Source of the DNA: Marsupella aquatica
Lineage: Eukaryota; Plantae; Marchantiophyta
Direction of reading: 5' to 3'
Assembly: GCA_973895155.1 (NCBI GenBank)
Contig: OZ316894.1
Location: 8,704,234-8,768,233 of the forward strand
DNA length: 64,000 nt
The notes beneath the pieces are model-generated. The model was not told where the DNA came from. It searched no databases and saw only the letters and a list, made by a program, of their open reading frames with translations. Positions 50,997 to 64,000 of this stretch are shown here, in pieces. Position 1 is the stretch's first letter; every line of letters starts with the position of its first letter. Position numbers and translations under genes: made by a program.

Positions 50997-53900
50997 ATGA
51001 ACGACTGCTGGCCTAGCAGAAGCTCGTCGTTCCTGAGGTCAACGTTGTGCAGCGAATTGTGGTCTTGGCAGGGAGAAGGGGACCGCCACACGGTTGCTAC
51101 CGGCAACAGTGCATGCTTTGATGTTGAGACAGTGGTAGAGATCGATGGGGTCAAGGTCGGACCTACACGATCTCATGTGGCACTTCGAAACATGCGGATA
51201 GAAAGATCTAGATCATCCCAGACGACACCAGCTTCATCAGATTCTAGCAGTAGTTTTGGCAGCAGTTCTGAGTTCGAACTAGCGCTGGTATTTGAAAAGC
51301 CAGGTCGATACACGCTGCCAATTCTCGACATCACACGAATTCGATGCAAATATCTCCATCAAGGTGACTACGGTTGAATATTATGCGGTTTGTAGGTTTT
51401 CCTGAGTACTGACGATGTCGGGATTGTGGGAAACTGCCGGCCACACGTGATGTGAGGACATGCCGGCCTTGTGTTATCGTGATTCTCTTGAATGCGTATG
51501 ACGGTAAATGTAGTTATGTGATTCTTGCTTCGATGGTCAATGAGCGGTCACAGGACAGGCTTAACGAATGTCATCGTTGTACTTGTTCCCTCTTCTACAG
51601 CATCAAGCTGGACGATACTAGGCACCCTTTGCTTCGCGACTTATCTTATTGCAATTGCTCCTGCCTAATTGAACGTTCGGGAGTCTGTGTATCTTACGAA
51701 GATATCGGTCGTTGGTATTTTACGCGCAGGTAAGGCGAGCATCGAAGCGAGAGATTCGCTATTCCTTTTCACAGCAGCCTCACAAAATGAATTGGAGAGG
51801 CTGTTAGAAGTCGCCAGAGATGTGAAAGCAGTTAAAACGCTTGCAGATTCTCGATTATGCACTACCTGCAAAGAGAAAGGGGAACTAAAGAAGAAAAAGC
51901 GCAAACAAAAGAGGGAACTGCAACAACAGCAACCACCAACGGTAGGCATTTCGCTTCCCTGGTCAGAGTTGTCTATTGAGTGAGTGCACTTCACTTGCCA
52001 GGGACAGGGACGCATTTCTTAAAGTTGGTCTTGTCGCCCTATGCGCCCGAAGACTTTATGAGAGAGGAGTATTTTGGTTCTTGACCGATGTCGAAGCCTT
52101 CAACGGGGGTGGCAACATCATTGTTACTTGATGAACCGTCTGATCCGTGTTGGAAGTCATTCCAAGCGTACCGACCATCGAAGCACTGATAGATTTATGC
52201 AAAATCCCGAAGTTAGCATTTCTCTATGTCATCGACGGTTGGGCTCTGGGGAAATTATGCAGTGCTGGCTTCGTATCTTCTCTCCAGGTAGACTGAATGG
52301 ATTCACAAAACCCTGGCCTCGTTGTAGAAAAAATGAGCAGAAAGAGAGAGCCGCAAGGTTGATTGAAGATTCGGTACTTGACGTTGCCCGGTCCTTCTGT
52401 GGCACCTCTCACTCACACAGGATTCGGAGCCAACTTCTTGGCTGGATGGAGAATGCCAAGCCACAAAGAAGCAGAAACTTAAGGCAAGCTCCGGAAGCCT
52501 AATATAACATTTCCAAATCTATAATTCAAGAGGTCTTGGTAAACGTGGCTGGGCCTTCCTCTAAAATTGCAGTTCTCATGGAGCGTCATGTCAATACCTG
52601 CAAGAAAAAAAGGTTGACATCAGCATCAGAAATCCCCGGCGTGATTCGTTTTCTTCGGAGAGGAAAGATTATTAAAATCCCGTTGGTGTCTTAGTCATTG
52701 GTCGCGATTTCAAGCTAGGTTCGCCACACTACTGTTATTCGCTACCGTAATCCGAGGTCTTAACCAGTTTGTGGACATGACCGCAATCTTAGGAGACACC
52801 GTTGTGCGGAGTATTCACTTTCTAGCAGCCAGCCATGGCAATCGTTTCTTGCCTTTTCGTATGAACTGCCCTTGAACAAATGGCCAAATGTATTGAAAAA
52901 TCGTACAAAGGAGACTGCTACTTGGTAGGCGTCGGGTGACTTGCAGCGGTGACTGTGAGAAGAGTTTCAAAGCTGTGTCGTGGCTCATCATTTTTGTAAG
53001 TTAACATGTCCACATTATCGACTTTGTTATTTACAACAGGTTTTGGAGTGCGCTTTTCGAAGGAAGTCACTGCCGAGTCTCGCCGACACCGATCAAGAAC
53101 CTGTTTATTGCATCAGGGATCTCCTCAAGAGTAAGGAACACGGATCTCGAAAACACAGTAAGATGGGAGTGCCACAGTTTGAAGTCGGTGACTCCCTTCG
53201 GATCCAAAGTGATGACAACAATTCGGTCTCACAGGAGGACCTCTCCTCAGAGCACTCCTCCATGTTTTACGGTTAGCTGTCTACCCCTCGCCTTTTCTTT
53301 CATCCTGGTTACATTGTCCGTCCGTCTGTTCGAGTCATTTCTTCCAAGGCTTGGATCTAAGACCCTACGCGCCGCGCGTTGCAAAAGCAAGATACAAAGT
53401 GTCCTGAACTCGTTAGGTCTTCAGTGGCAGGCGCCACTTATTTGCTGTCTTACATTTAGCTCGCTGGCGACTTTGCTAGGTCGTTCAGTGTTGACTTCTG
53501 ATGGAACAACATGATTAGATCCTTCATCGCTTGAACTGTTGATTACCTGCCGATCTTTTAGTCAATACGGACGAGGTGTACTTCTTCTGTGCAGTGCATG
53601 TCCTCTCCCGTCTTCCAGTTGTCAGCTTCGAATCCCCTCATGCGAGCTTACTCGGAGTTTCGCTTGCGCTAGTCCTACTGCCCTTCGAATCTGTTAGTTT
53701 GATCCGCTTGGGTTGTCGATCTCAAGTTCCAAGCATGCAGTTCTGAGCAAGCGACCCACGTGTCTTCAGGTTAATTTGTCGGACGCCGCTTGTGAGAACA
53801 AATTAGGTGTCTCGCAGCGGTGATGCATAGCGTGGCATATGCAGAGTAAATAGTAACAGTTCCCATACAATGTCCCGTCAATTTGTCAGCGTGTATGCAA

Positions 53901-56900
53901 CCTACTCTGTCTCCTTCTTAGCACTCCCTCATCCAAAAGCAGCTTGAGTGATCATGGTTCGAGACCTAGGGATAATTCTTATGAGAATGTTCGGGTGAGT
54001 TCAATACCAGGCTGAAATGACGATTATTTCCACGAGATTTCAACGTCAGCGATTCTCCTTGGTCAATTATTAGTCTGCCAGTGAGGCTGTAGTCAATATG
54101 TCCCCCACAAGTTGGTTTCACTATTTAATACTTAATAAGTAATTGGCCAGGTATCATTCTGGAAAATATAGAAGTCGTCGTGTAACTGACGCCCTAGTAC
54201 TACCTTTAAGTGGTCTCAACTCTTCAGTCTGATATTGACGTCACGAGCGCTGGTTGCCATGTGAGAGGTGGTGAAATTCGTTCTGCACATTTTAAATCAA
54301 ATCCTCTGTTGTGTATGCACAGCTCGTAATCGATTTGAAACTCTTGACTTCACAATTTATGGCCTGTTTGAATATGGGCGAGTGTAATTGTGGGCATGGT
54401 TCCCGTTTCATAATGAGCTGTGTGGACAGGTGTCGATAACCTGATTTCGTTCACTGACTCAAACTGGTTGTCTCAACAACATTTTTTGCTTCACATAAGC
54501 TAGATAACAAACTCGTGGAATTTGCTCATGTGCAGATTGTGAGAGACAGGAACAATTAACTTTTGAAGATGAAAGAGGACATCTTTCGCCAACTTTAGCT
54601 GTGCCCAACAACAGTAGTTCGGTAGTGCAAAAGCCTCCTCGAGTCGGCCAGAGAAAGAGCAGCGGCAAGCGCAATGGACGCGAAGGATTAAGAGCAGGGG
54701 AAGGAGCAATGGAGGAGAAGGAGAACCTCGACGTGTTCGCTGATGAGGATCTAAAAACGATTGGAGATGAGACGCTGAACAAGTTCGCTCAGAGAAGGGG
54801 TATGAACGAGGTCATGAGGAAGGTGCAGGAGGAGCAGAGGAGAGTGAAGGAAGAGAAAAGACGCAAAGACGAACGTAGGAAGTTTGAGGTGGACGAGAGG
54901 AGAGAATCAGAAGAGAGGGCGAAGATGCTCCAGCAAAAAGAATCATTGAGGAAGTTATTGGAACAAGAGAGGCAGTGGAAGGACGACTCGGAAGCGAAAA
55001 GAGGGGAGGAGCGCAGGTCGAAAGAGGAGGACGACAGGAAGCTGAAAGCTGACGAGGAGCGACTGAAGAAGTCTCTGGAGAGACGGCTTCATGTGGAGAA
55101 CAGGTTACGAAAGGAGGAGACGAGGAGGGAAGAGGACAGAAGAAAGGAAGAGGAAAGGCGAAAGACATTAATGGCGATAAGGTTTCAGGACGAGCAGAAG
55201 CGGAGGAAAGATGAGGAAGGCAGGTCGCGAAAGGAGGAGAAAAGGAAGGAAGAGGAGAAGAGAAAAGAAGAGGAAAGACGGAAAAGATTAATAGAGACAA
55301 AGCTACAAGAGGATGAGAAGCGGAGGAAAGATGAGGAGGATAGGCGGATTAAAGAGCTTAAGCAGAGAGAAGAAGAGCGCAAATTGCAGGAGCAGCAGCA
55401 ACTGAGAGAACAAGAGCAGAAATTGAGAGAACACGAGCGCAATTTGCACGAGCAGAGACTGAGGGAAGAAGGGATGAAATTGCTGGAGCAGAAGTTGAGA
55501 GACGAAGAGCGCAAATTGCACGAGCAGAAACTGAGAGAAGAAGAGCAGAAGCTGCAAGAGCAGAGATTGAGAGAAGAAGAGCGCAAATTGCAGGAGCAGA
55601 AATTGAGAGAAGAAGAGCAAAAGCTTCGGGAGCAGAAATCGAGAGAAGAAGAGCGCAAAGTGCAGGAGCAAAAAAAGAGAGAAGAACAGCGTAAGTTACA
55701 GGACCATAAACTGAGAGAAGAAGAATACAAGCGAGTAAACGAGGTGGAGCGCAGATTGCAGGAGCTGAAGCAGAGTGAGGAACAAGACAAGCAATTCAAG
55801 GAAGTGTTACGTAGATTGCAGGAGCAAATAGAAGAGCAATTAGAGGAGCAGGAGAAAGACGAAGAGAAAACCCAGGAGAATAGGAACTTATTCAAGGAGG
55901 AGGAAGATCGTCAGAATTTGAGAGAACATGAAGAATTGAGAAAATTTCAAGACTCTGTGAAAACTACAAGTCGCCTTTCACACCGGTTCCGGAGGAGTCG
56001 GGTATCAGCAGAAGCGAGGATGTCGCCGAAGGAGATCAGGAAAATACTCGAGGAACAGCTTGATAGACTGGATCCGTGGAAATTAGATGAGGAAATGAAA
56101 AGGTGGCGATCTGAAGAGATCGACAGGTTGGCGAAAGAAGACAGGTGGGCCATGCCCGATCATGATCGTTCGATTCTGGAGGAGCAACGAAAGCGAGCTG
56201 AAGAGGTGATGAAAATGTCCCAAAGATTGAACCGGAAGCCAAGTCAAAGAGTGACGGACGACGCCGAGGCCAGGAGTGCCCCTGGAAGAACTGAAAACAT
56301 CAAAGGTCAAACCTGTGCGTCCGCTGAGGTCAATCGTGCAGGGGAGAGTGCTGAATTTCAAAATAAATGTTCCCAAGACAGGACATTTCTCGATCACTTG
56401 TTTGGCTCCTGGGGGAACCCGAGTCTGAGCTTTGACTCTGAAAGACTCGGAAAGGGAAGAGAGAGTTTCAAACCAACGGAGACATTTCTCAAACCAGATG
56501 TAAGTTGCAATTTTGGATTATGCTGTGGACTTTTAAGTTCTCTGCCCTTCCATACAAACGATGAAGAGGTTCATAGCTGTGGCGTATCTACTCTTTGTCA
56601 ACGCTTCGTGTCGAATGTGTGTCTCGTTATATTTTTATGAAGATTACTCTTCTCCTTGCCCAATACATAAAATTAAATCACAGTGATATTTGTAGGATCC
56701 GCTAACTATAAATAACAGCAGACACTTGGCTACGTGCAGAGGTTAAGGCAAGAAGAGCTGAGGAAAGCCGAGTTGGAACGTAAGAAGGTAAAGGCTGTTG
56801 ATGCTTTTGTCCACATTTTCACTTGAGTAGGAAGGACTTTGATGCCAGTTACGGTCTAAGAGGCGGTCAGTAAACTCAATTGAATTTGTATCCCTCGTCA

Positions 56901-58021
56901 AAGTTTGAAGTCATATATCCCACCGGTTGTTGCAGCAAGGCGAGCGTTGCTTTGAATTTGACTAAACCGAAACTGAGGTAGCATTGAGAAGGTTGTCAAG
57001 TCCATGGACTATTCAAGAGTCACCAGCTTGATAGTAATGAGTCTGGTTGTATAAACAAATCAACCCCACACTCATGTCGTATGCCTTTGCAGGCTGAGAA
57101 GTCTGCGGATGAGGAAAGGAAGAGACTTTCCCAGGAACGAATGAAGGCTGCCAAATTAGAGGCAAAACGCTTAGACAAACTGCTCAAAGAAGCTCAAAGA
57201 CGAGCCAAGGCCGACGAACGTCAAAGGCAACAGCAAAAGGTTAGTAGAGTAACGTTGGCAAACCGTTGTGATGATAGTCATGGATGAGGTTTTCCACTGA
57301 TGTCGTGCGATGTCTTCTTGTGGCTGGTCAATATTCAGAGAAGCCCGAGTCTCTCTAAGGTTGCTGTGGCCAGTCTTTTGAGAGACTTGATGTCTCTGTG
57401 GTTTTGTGGTCAGTGAGTAGACGTAGTGAACGTCCTTGTGGATGAACAAAGTGGTTCTTGCTAATGCTTTCAAGAAAGCTTCATTTTCTGTAGTCCCGAT
57501 ACTAATTTTCGACGTGCCTTTATTGCTTGACACAGGCACAGGAGCAAGTGAGACCAAAAACAGTTACTTCTTCAGGTAAGAAATATTCGGGTGCATATCA
57601 TACTGTTCTCTAAAGATCACCTTCTTTGACAGAACGTGGCAAAGGCTTTCATTTTATTCTTCTATGTTATTGAGCAGTGGTTATTGGATCTGCAGGCTTT
57701 TTGAGGGCCCACTATTTGACTTATCGACAGTATGAAGACGCATGGAACGTGCTGAAAACGTCAGGACAAAAATCGCCTCTTGCTTACTCCAACATTCCTT
57801 GGCCTCCTCATAATAATCCATTGTTTGTTGAAGAAGGTGACTCTCTAGCTGCCCAAAGGCGCAAATTGCGGATAGCCCTGCTAAGATGGCATCCTGATAA
57901 ATTTCAGTCCCTCTGTGGTAACAGACTGTCCCTCTTCGACAAGAACACCATCGAAGCAAGGGCGAAAACTGTAGCTCAGGAAGTAATTGTGTGGAAGAGT
58001 AAATTGGACAACATGTCTTGA
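50997..58021 (+). CDS. ~1110-aa protein: putative PH-like N-terminal domain, long charged helical/coiled-coil region and NFKBIL1-type C-terminal domain
   Basis: Exons 50997-51363, 51730-51941, 53040-53271, 54536-56499, 56740-56787, 57093-57239, 57536-57575 and 57696 (or 57678)-58021; GT-AG and frame-consistent, 3336 nt. The C-terminus YEDAW...LAYSNIPWP...LRIALLRWHPDKF...TVAQEV matches the NF-kappa-B inhibitor-like 1 (J-domain-like HPD) signature. Confidence 0.85.
55365..55725 (+). repeat. Coding tandem repeat, ~36-bp / 12-aa unit (QEQKLREEERKL)
   Basis: About 9-10 units of GAGAGAAGAAGAGC(G/A)(C/G)AAATTGCA(G/C)GAGCAGA.ATT within exon 4. Confidence 0.85.
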
Positions 58022-59731
58022 ACGTGCCACTCTCCTGGCGATCATGTTTGTCACCAACAGACCGATTTTCTCCCACGGGCAAAGCACGTGGCAACCTTCT
58101 GAGCCTCGTTTTCCACCTGTAAACTCAAAAGTAGTGGACGCAGGCTGTAGTCCCAGACACGACAGCATTCATATCTCAATACTTAATCCATGTTTGTCCA
58201 GCTCACGGACTGCATTTTTTGGATCATTCTCTATTGTTTGGCAGATATGTTGCTCCTACATGGTGTGTTTTTCATTTGAGCCATGAAAGTTTTTAGTAGG
58301 TCGCAATGAAAGCGATGATACCTTCGCAGTAGAGCACCCTTTTGTAATTTAGCACTTTACTAGAGGCTCGGGATTATGATTGGATCCTGAAGACTCGGTA
58401 GTCCCTCGTAGATTGTTCCTGGCAGCTTCAAGACTCGCCAAGCAGCAGATTATAATTTCTGCTGGTGAGCATGCAGCCTTCTGATCCTGGTGGAAGCTCC
58501 AATGTGATTTCGGTGTTTTATAAAACGTTTCGATTGAATCCAATTGCGTGGTAATTAATCTAGCTGATGCCAAAATCTGACTTAATCAGTGGAGCTTCTG
58601 CTGGCGGGAGAGAGCAGCTATGTTGGGAAACCAAATGTGCGTCCAAATCTTTCTTCACCACGCTAGTGGTTGTCCTGTTTCTCCTTGAATATACTTTTGA
58701 AGTATCTGTCCATCGATTCTGAAGATTAATGTTCATTTTGTACAAATCACGATTGTAACCTTATCTGTGAACTGATTACTTCCCTCCTGCGAGGCAGCTG
58801 TGGTTTGTGCATGCGATAAGTGGGCGGGTTTTTGGCATTCTTTAGTAATACATTCGTGTCTCTCCCCGAATGGAAACATGAACGAGTCCCTGTTGGATCT
58901 GATCTTTAGCGAGAACCTGGTTTACATATTGAAAGTCTTTGAGTTATTAAAACCTATTCCACTTGTATGCCCATTTAGTGGCTATTGACCAAGATTGGAA
59001 GATGAAAGACCTCTAACTTGACTTCCTTTGATGGCTTGAGTATACAGGTCCATGTAGTTGTAAGATCCCTTGTGCAGAGTAGGTTTCCTCTTTCATGTGC
59101 CGTTTATGGAAATAATTGCGCGAAGGCTTCAAACCACTGACCTTCTGATGTATCTTCACTGATCCTGGTGTCAGAGTCACCCTGAGCTCCAAAGCAGACC
59201 TCTGGTCCAACTTTGATCATTGTGCCAGATGAAATTCCAACAAAGGTCTCTTGCGGTGGTGGCTCCGTTTGGTATGCAAGCTCAATGATCGCTGCCTATC
59301 GTTGCACCTTGTGGACATACTCTATCATGAATCACTGAGCCTGCAAAGCTACTGGAGATATGTCTTGAACAAATTTCGATCTGTCGGGTATTTGTCAAGC
59401 CAGTCACCTGCAGGAGAGTTGAAAAATCGTCGCCTGGAAATAAATTTGTGCTCTTCATAAAATCGAAACCACACTTTTCAAGCCTTACATGTACAGTTGG
59501 CGAACTGTAGAGTGTGCTCTTTAAATCTAGGGTAAGCGACTTCCTCAGCTCGAAGAGCTGTTCACTTCACTTACCCCTCGGGATTAAGACGTCTCGCACA
59601 ACTCAACAGTTTTTACGTTGTCCAGACCTCAAGAGCCGAACTCGTGTTCATGTCACGAAATCTCTGCAAGGGAATTTCTCATCATGAATCTGATTGAACT
59701 TACTTCAAGAGTTTGGATCCCTGGGGTTTAA

Positions 59732-59756
59732 CTCTCTCTCTCTCTCTCTCTCTCTC
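59732..59756. repeat. (CT)n microsatellite
   Basis: About 12 CT units. Confidence 0.9.
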
Positions 59757-60079
59757 ACCTAGTCGGTCCCTATTGGATCCCTGGGTATGACACCCTTGTG
59801 GCTGCCCTGAAGCAGCCCATGCTCCAGAGAAAATAGTCTATCCATGTTCGGATGGGTCTGTTGTTCTCGATGAATTCACGTTGGCCAAGACAGCCCATTT
59901 TACCTTTCCAAGAAGAAATTCTACCGGCCATTCGTTGACCCCAAGGTACCATGAAATCCAAGATGAGAAATCCCCTCCCTGACATGATGCGTGACAGGAG
60001 GAAAAATTCGTCGCTTGAAGTAAGTTCAGTCAGAGTGGGCTATGACCAAGCCTGGGCTGCAAAGTGTACTGGCTGAGGA

Positions 60080-60248
60080 GAAAGGAGAAATCCCACCACT
60101 ACCCCAGGCCCACACACACATCCACAACCTTTGCATGTGGAGGGGGCACACATCCTCCACAACCTTTGCATGTGAAGGGGGGATTGAACTTGGACCTCTC
60201 ACTTCTAAGCTAATCCCCTGGGCAACTGACCAAAGCCAGTTGGCTGAC
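60080..60248 (-). mobile_element. Probable tRNA-derived SINE remnant
   Basis: The minus strand reads GTCAGCCAACTGGCTTTGGTCAGTTG... (A-box-like) then ...GAGAGGTCCAAGTTCAATCCCCCC (B-box-like GTTCAATCC), followed by a duplicated CACATGCAAAGGTTGTGGA. It does not fold as a full tRNA. Confidence 0.45.
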
Positions 60249-60563
60249 AACTCGAGTTCTCATCCTTTGCCATGACCGGGCCCAACATGTCGTGTGTCTA
60301 TTGCACTATGGGCCTGTCGTGTGTCTATTGTACTGTGGCATCAGCTGAATTTTGGTACTAGCTTGTCCCGAGAGAACTTGGGGCGTTCAGTGGCTGGAGA
60401 GGTCTTACTATCCTATAACTGTCATGAGGTTTCCAGCAATTTTTACTTAGTGTTGACAGTCCGCCTCTCGATGCTTTCCATGGGAGACTTGTTTCACATT
60501 CCTTAATACTGTCCAAACATGGTTGTTCTCCCGTCCCAGTGCTAGTGAATGCCACTCCGTCTC

Positions 60564-60749
60564 AGTTTTATGTCCTCTGTTGTTTGTTGCGATTCTCACT
60601 ATGCGCTTGATATTCAAATGTGACGGGTGCACTACAATTTTAGTGACTAAAACTGTAGTTTTATGTCCTCTGTTGTTTGTTGCGATTCTCACTATGCGCT
60701 TGATATTCAAATGTGACGGGTGCACTACAATTTTAGTGACTAAAACTGT
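60564..60749. repeat. Perfect 93-bp tandem duplication
   Basis: Copies 60564-60656 and 60657-60749 are identical. Confidence 0.95.
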
Positions 60750-62941
60750 GACTTCGTGTGAACTGCAATTAGAGTGACAACTCACATTATTTTATGTGAC
60801 ATGAAAAAATTTAAGGGCTACGCAATTAGTGAAACTAACACTAATTGTGATGGAAAATGTAGCTATGATGAGTTCGCATATTTAGAGTGGCCTTTTTCTG
60901 TCCTCCAGCGGGTGTTGCGTTCTTGTGCCCATCACAGCAGAATGATGATGAATGCTAGCAATATGCACTTATCCATGTTTGTACCACACTGTAATCGCAC
61001 ACACAACGGGCTTTGCACTTTGGATACAATAGACCACCACATATATCCACGTATCCATGTTTGGACCATATTAGAAGCACACACTTTCATGACTTTGCAC
61101 CTGTAGATAAAACATGCACTTATCGATGTCTGCAGTAATCCACTCTAGTCTGCAGTGTACCTGTAGATAAAATATGCACTTCTCGTAGCCTGGGTTAGGG
61201 CATTACCAGCCTCAGGGCCAGTAGCACCTTGCCACATGGCAGAAAACCAATGGAGGATGACCTTGGGTTAAGTGAGGAAGAGTAGCCCGTATTTAAAATG
61301 GGGTTCAACCTAGTATTTAAAATAGTTTGTGGAGAGGTTTGAGAATAATGGTCAGTTTGGGGAATAGGTTAGTAAACAACCGAAAATGACATAGCCAAGC
61401 TTTGGAGTAAAGCGTTTTTTACACTTAGAGGGACGGTGCACTTAGGCAGGGATGTGCAGTGTTAGATTTCATTGCTCGTCTTCCTCTCTTCTCTCCCTCT
61501 CACTCGTCTTTCTTGGTATGCCTTTCTCTCCTCTGCTGCTCAGTTCCTCCATCGATCAATCAATCGGCCGACCGCTGTCCCTCACAGTAGGATTTCATTC
61601 CTTTCCCTTCAATCGCTTCGCAAAGTATCGGCCTATTCCATTCAGCCAGAGTTCAATTGTTTTTCAGTACTTCACTCCATTCCATTCGATTGCAGAACAT
61701 TGCCTTTGCATGCTTGTCCGGGATGTAGAAGTCCAGAGCTTTCCAATGTTCCGGACGAATCAGCGGCACGGAATTGTGTTCAGCAGCGGCGACGATTAGC
61801 TACTGCTTTGCTGGAGCAATTATTGAGTCGGTTTCTCCCACCATTTCTTCAGTCGAGGAGACGTTCAAGGACTGTGCAATTAGGTATTGTTCTTTCTGTG
61901 TGTGAGGATTTCTTTGTGTGGTTTTGGACTCTCTGGAACGTCCGCGGATTCAGTTTGAGCTGCAAGCCGCATCCCGGCGTCTATATCTTTGACGATTTCT
62001 TTGTGTGCTTCAGAAGCTCTGTATCTTCCGCGGATTCCGTTCAGCTTCGAGCTTCGTTGATGACCGTTGATGACTTGATACCATCCAAGCACTAAGCACC
62101 AAGCACTGAACTTTTGCATCTGTATGATTCCTCTCGTCGGTGCCAAATTAATTCTGTGCGGAAGTTTTTACGCTGCTGTCTCGGCCACTCGTAGGTTAAA
62201 GCAGTCGAATTAAATATGTTGAATTTGTTTCCATCCGTATCCCGTTGTTTCGTGCGAGGTCCGGGTCGGACGAGCCGTCACGAAACATTACGAGATGGAA
62301 TTTGTCCTCTTTGGTCTTAACTGATAGGTACCAGTACTTTGCAGTCTTGAGCTTGAAATCGGGACAATGGAGCTGGATCCTCTTGAGAATAGTTCAGTGA
62401 GTCCAACACCTGGCTGAGACTGGCCAGTTTTGCCACTAGTCGCATTGCATCGTCAGCGATGGTCCTCGTTCGATCACTAGACTGCCGGTGGGCCTGAGCC
62501 AACAGGATCTTCTATCGATGTTTGTTGTCCTTCGTTGACCAACTTGAATTTCCCTAAGAGAACTCTTCATTGAGTAGGCGGATCACCGTCCCCAGGTTGA
62601 GGTGGCAGACTCTCTTCTGAAGATCCTTCACCAATTGCTGTACTTAACGTCGCTTGTGACCTCAGCTTGGAAGATCGACCAAACATTTATGCCCGCAAAA
62701 GTTGTGGACGAATCAAATTGTGGTCGTGATTCTTGTAACGAACGGAACTGGTTGTTTTTCACTGCATATTCCGCTTCAAGTAAGTGGCTAAACGAAATCG
62801 CTTTCCTTGTGCAGATTCCGCGAGACGGGAAAGTGCAACTTTGAGAAGATGATATAAAATATATTATTGAACTGAGTTTAGGTGAAAACGTGTCCTCGAT
62901 TCGACCGGATTAAGAGCATTGGCAGGCGCAAGTATCGATCA

Positions 62942-64000
62942 ATGATGGTGTTGATGGGTACGCTGAATCCACCATCTTTCTCTCTTTGCAGCCCTTGCCA
63001 AGCCGTGGTGCAGCAGGATGCCCGTGCCATCAATCGGCGATTATGCGAGAACAGGTCGAAGCTTGGGGGAAGTGTTTATCTCCAACAAGTAATAACACTC
63101 AGCCAACAGGGTCGATCTTTGAATTCTTGGCAGACGCGAACAGAATGGCTGAGTCATAGGCCGAAGGGGTTGGGTCGGCAACACAGGTGGGAACTAGCAC
63201 GGTCTAGTGCGGATGAGAACGGCGACACAGACGAGTATCGGAATGAAACAGAGGAAGCTCAGAAAGAGCTGGAGGTTGTCGACTTAGTCACCTCGCAACC
63301 ATCAGTTGAAGCTTTAACTGAAATTGACAGTAGTATTACGGTTACGCGGTCATCATCGTCATCGCCGATTCGTAATCAACCACACAAATCTGGTACTCGA
63401 TTCCCGCAAACGATCACACCCATTCTAGAGCGGTGTCTAGTATAGGATACAAAATTCATTGCTAATGCTCCTCTTGCCTGCAAACAAGTATTCATATGGC
63501 ATTCTCCTTCGTGAACTTCAGAGCTGCTACTTGTTTGACAATCTTTTCCTACTAGTTTCCGTCCAGACTGCGATTCATACCTGGCTTCAATTATCATTGT
63601 CTTGAAGTTAGTTTAAGGTCAAAGTCCTTCAATTCATGATGATCACATACTTTGGCAGCATACAGAATACGTATGTTGTAATGCTCTGTTGGCCTCTTCC
63701 ATTGGCGTTAAAGCTTCGTCATATTTACAAGCTTAACGAAATAGCCATCAACCAGTTTGCATTCGCTGAGGTGACTACGGACCAGGCCTGATCATGGATT
63801 CTCGGGTCCAGCGAACTTCGGCAGCTTCGGCACAGATCCTATACACCTCTGGAGATATCGTTGAACCCCAATTACATATTAATAATTCGATTAGATCAGA
63901 TCTAGAAGGTCTGCAGTGGTATAATTAACTGAGATTGCTCTTCTCCTGGACTTCCCTCAGGGCGCGGACGTGGAGGTGGAGGCGGATTGCAATGGGTTTT
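62942..64000 (+). CDS. 5' part of a gene for an unknown, possibly plastid-targeted protein (continues beyond window)
   Basis: ATG at 62942 opens a Ser/Arg-rich transit-peptide-like segment followed by an acidic linker. Donor TCTG|GTAC at 63392 and acceptor CCCTCAG| at 63960 join in frame (GRGRGGGGGLQWV). A CT-rich leader begins near 61470. Confidence 0.55.

Noticed and set aside
51601-51668. Alternative exon after the acceptor-like TTCTACAG at 51600
   Set aside because: It hits a stop in the required phase, while the acceptor at 51729 gives a continuous frame.
54812-55895. Long minus-strand ORFs (162, 236 and 122 aa) rich in Ser/Leu/Phe/Cys
   Set aside because: They are antisense shadows of the repetitive E/K/R/Q-coding exon on the plus strand.
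61452-62146. 207-aa and 115-aa ORFs
   Set aside because: CT-rich leader and intron sequence of the downstream gene; the translations have no domain-like character.

Overview
Eukaryotic, intron-containing land-plant DNA; gene style suggests a bryophyte or liverwort, but that is inference. Bases 1-17 kb are decayed transposable elements: a hairpin-rich repeat, a possible LTR, a full-length but dead L1-type LINE ORF2, and the 3' end of a Copia element with its LTR. At 17011-26644 lies the most notable feature, a complete ~9.6 kb Mutator-like (MULE) DNA transposon. It has ~320-340 bp TIRs and a probable 8-bp target-site duplication (TSD). It carries two convergent multi-exon genes: a DDE+SWIM transposase resembling the family I recall as static angiosperm genes (At4g13970/At1g60560 type), and an unrecognised partner gene of roughly 1000 aa with a C2H2 finger and a Cys cluster. 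An intact six-exon KORRIGAN-type GH9 endoglucanase follows (27711-31118). Bases 31-50 kb hold LINE scraps, two more copies of the same Copia LTR, a degenerate ~72-bp repeat array and several tandem duplications. Next is an eight-exon gene (50997-58021) combining a possible PIF1/LRR1-type PH domain, a long E/R/K/Q helical rod and an NFKBIL1-type C-terminus. A third gene starts near 62.9 kb and runs off the window. All coordinates were read by hand and no database searches were run.
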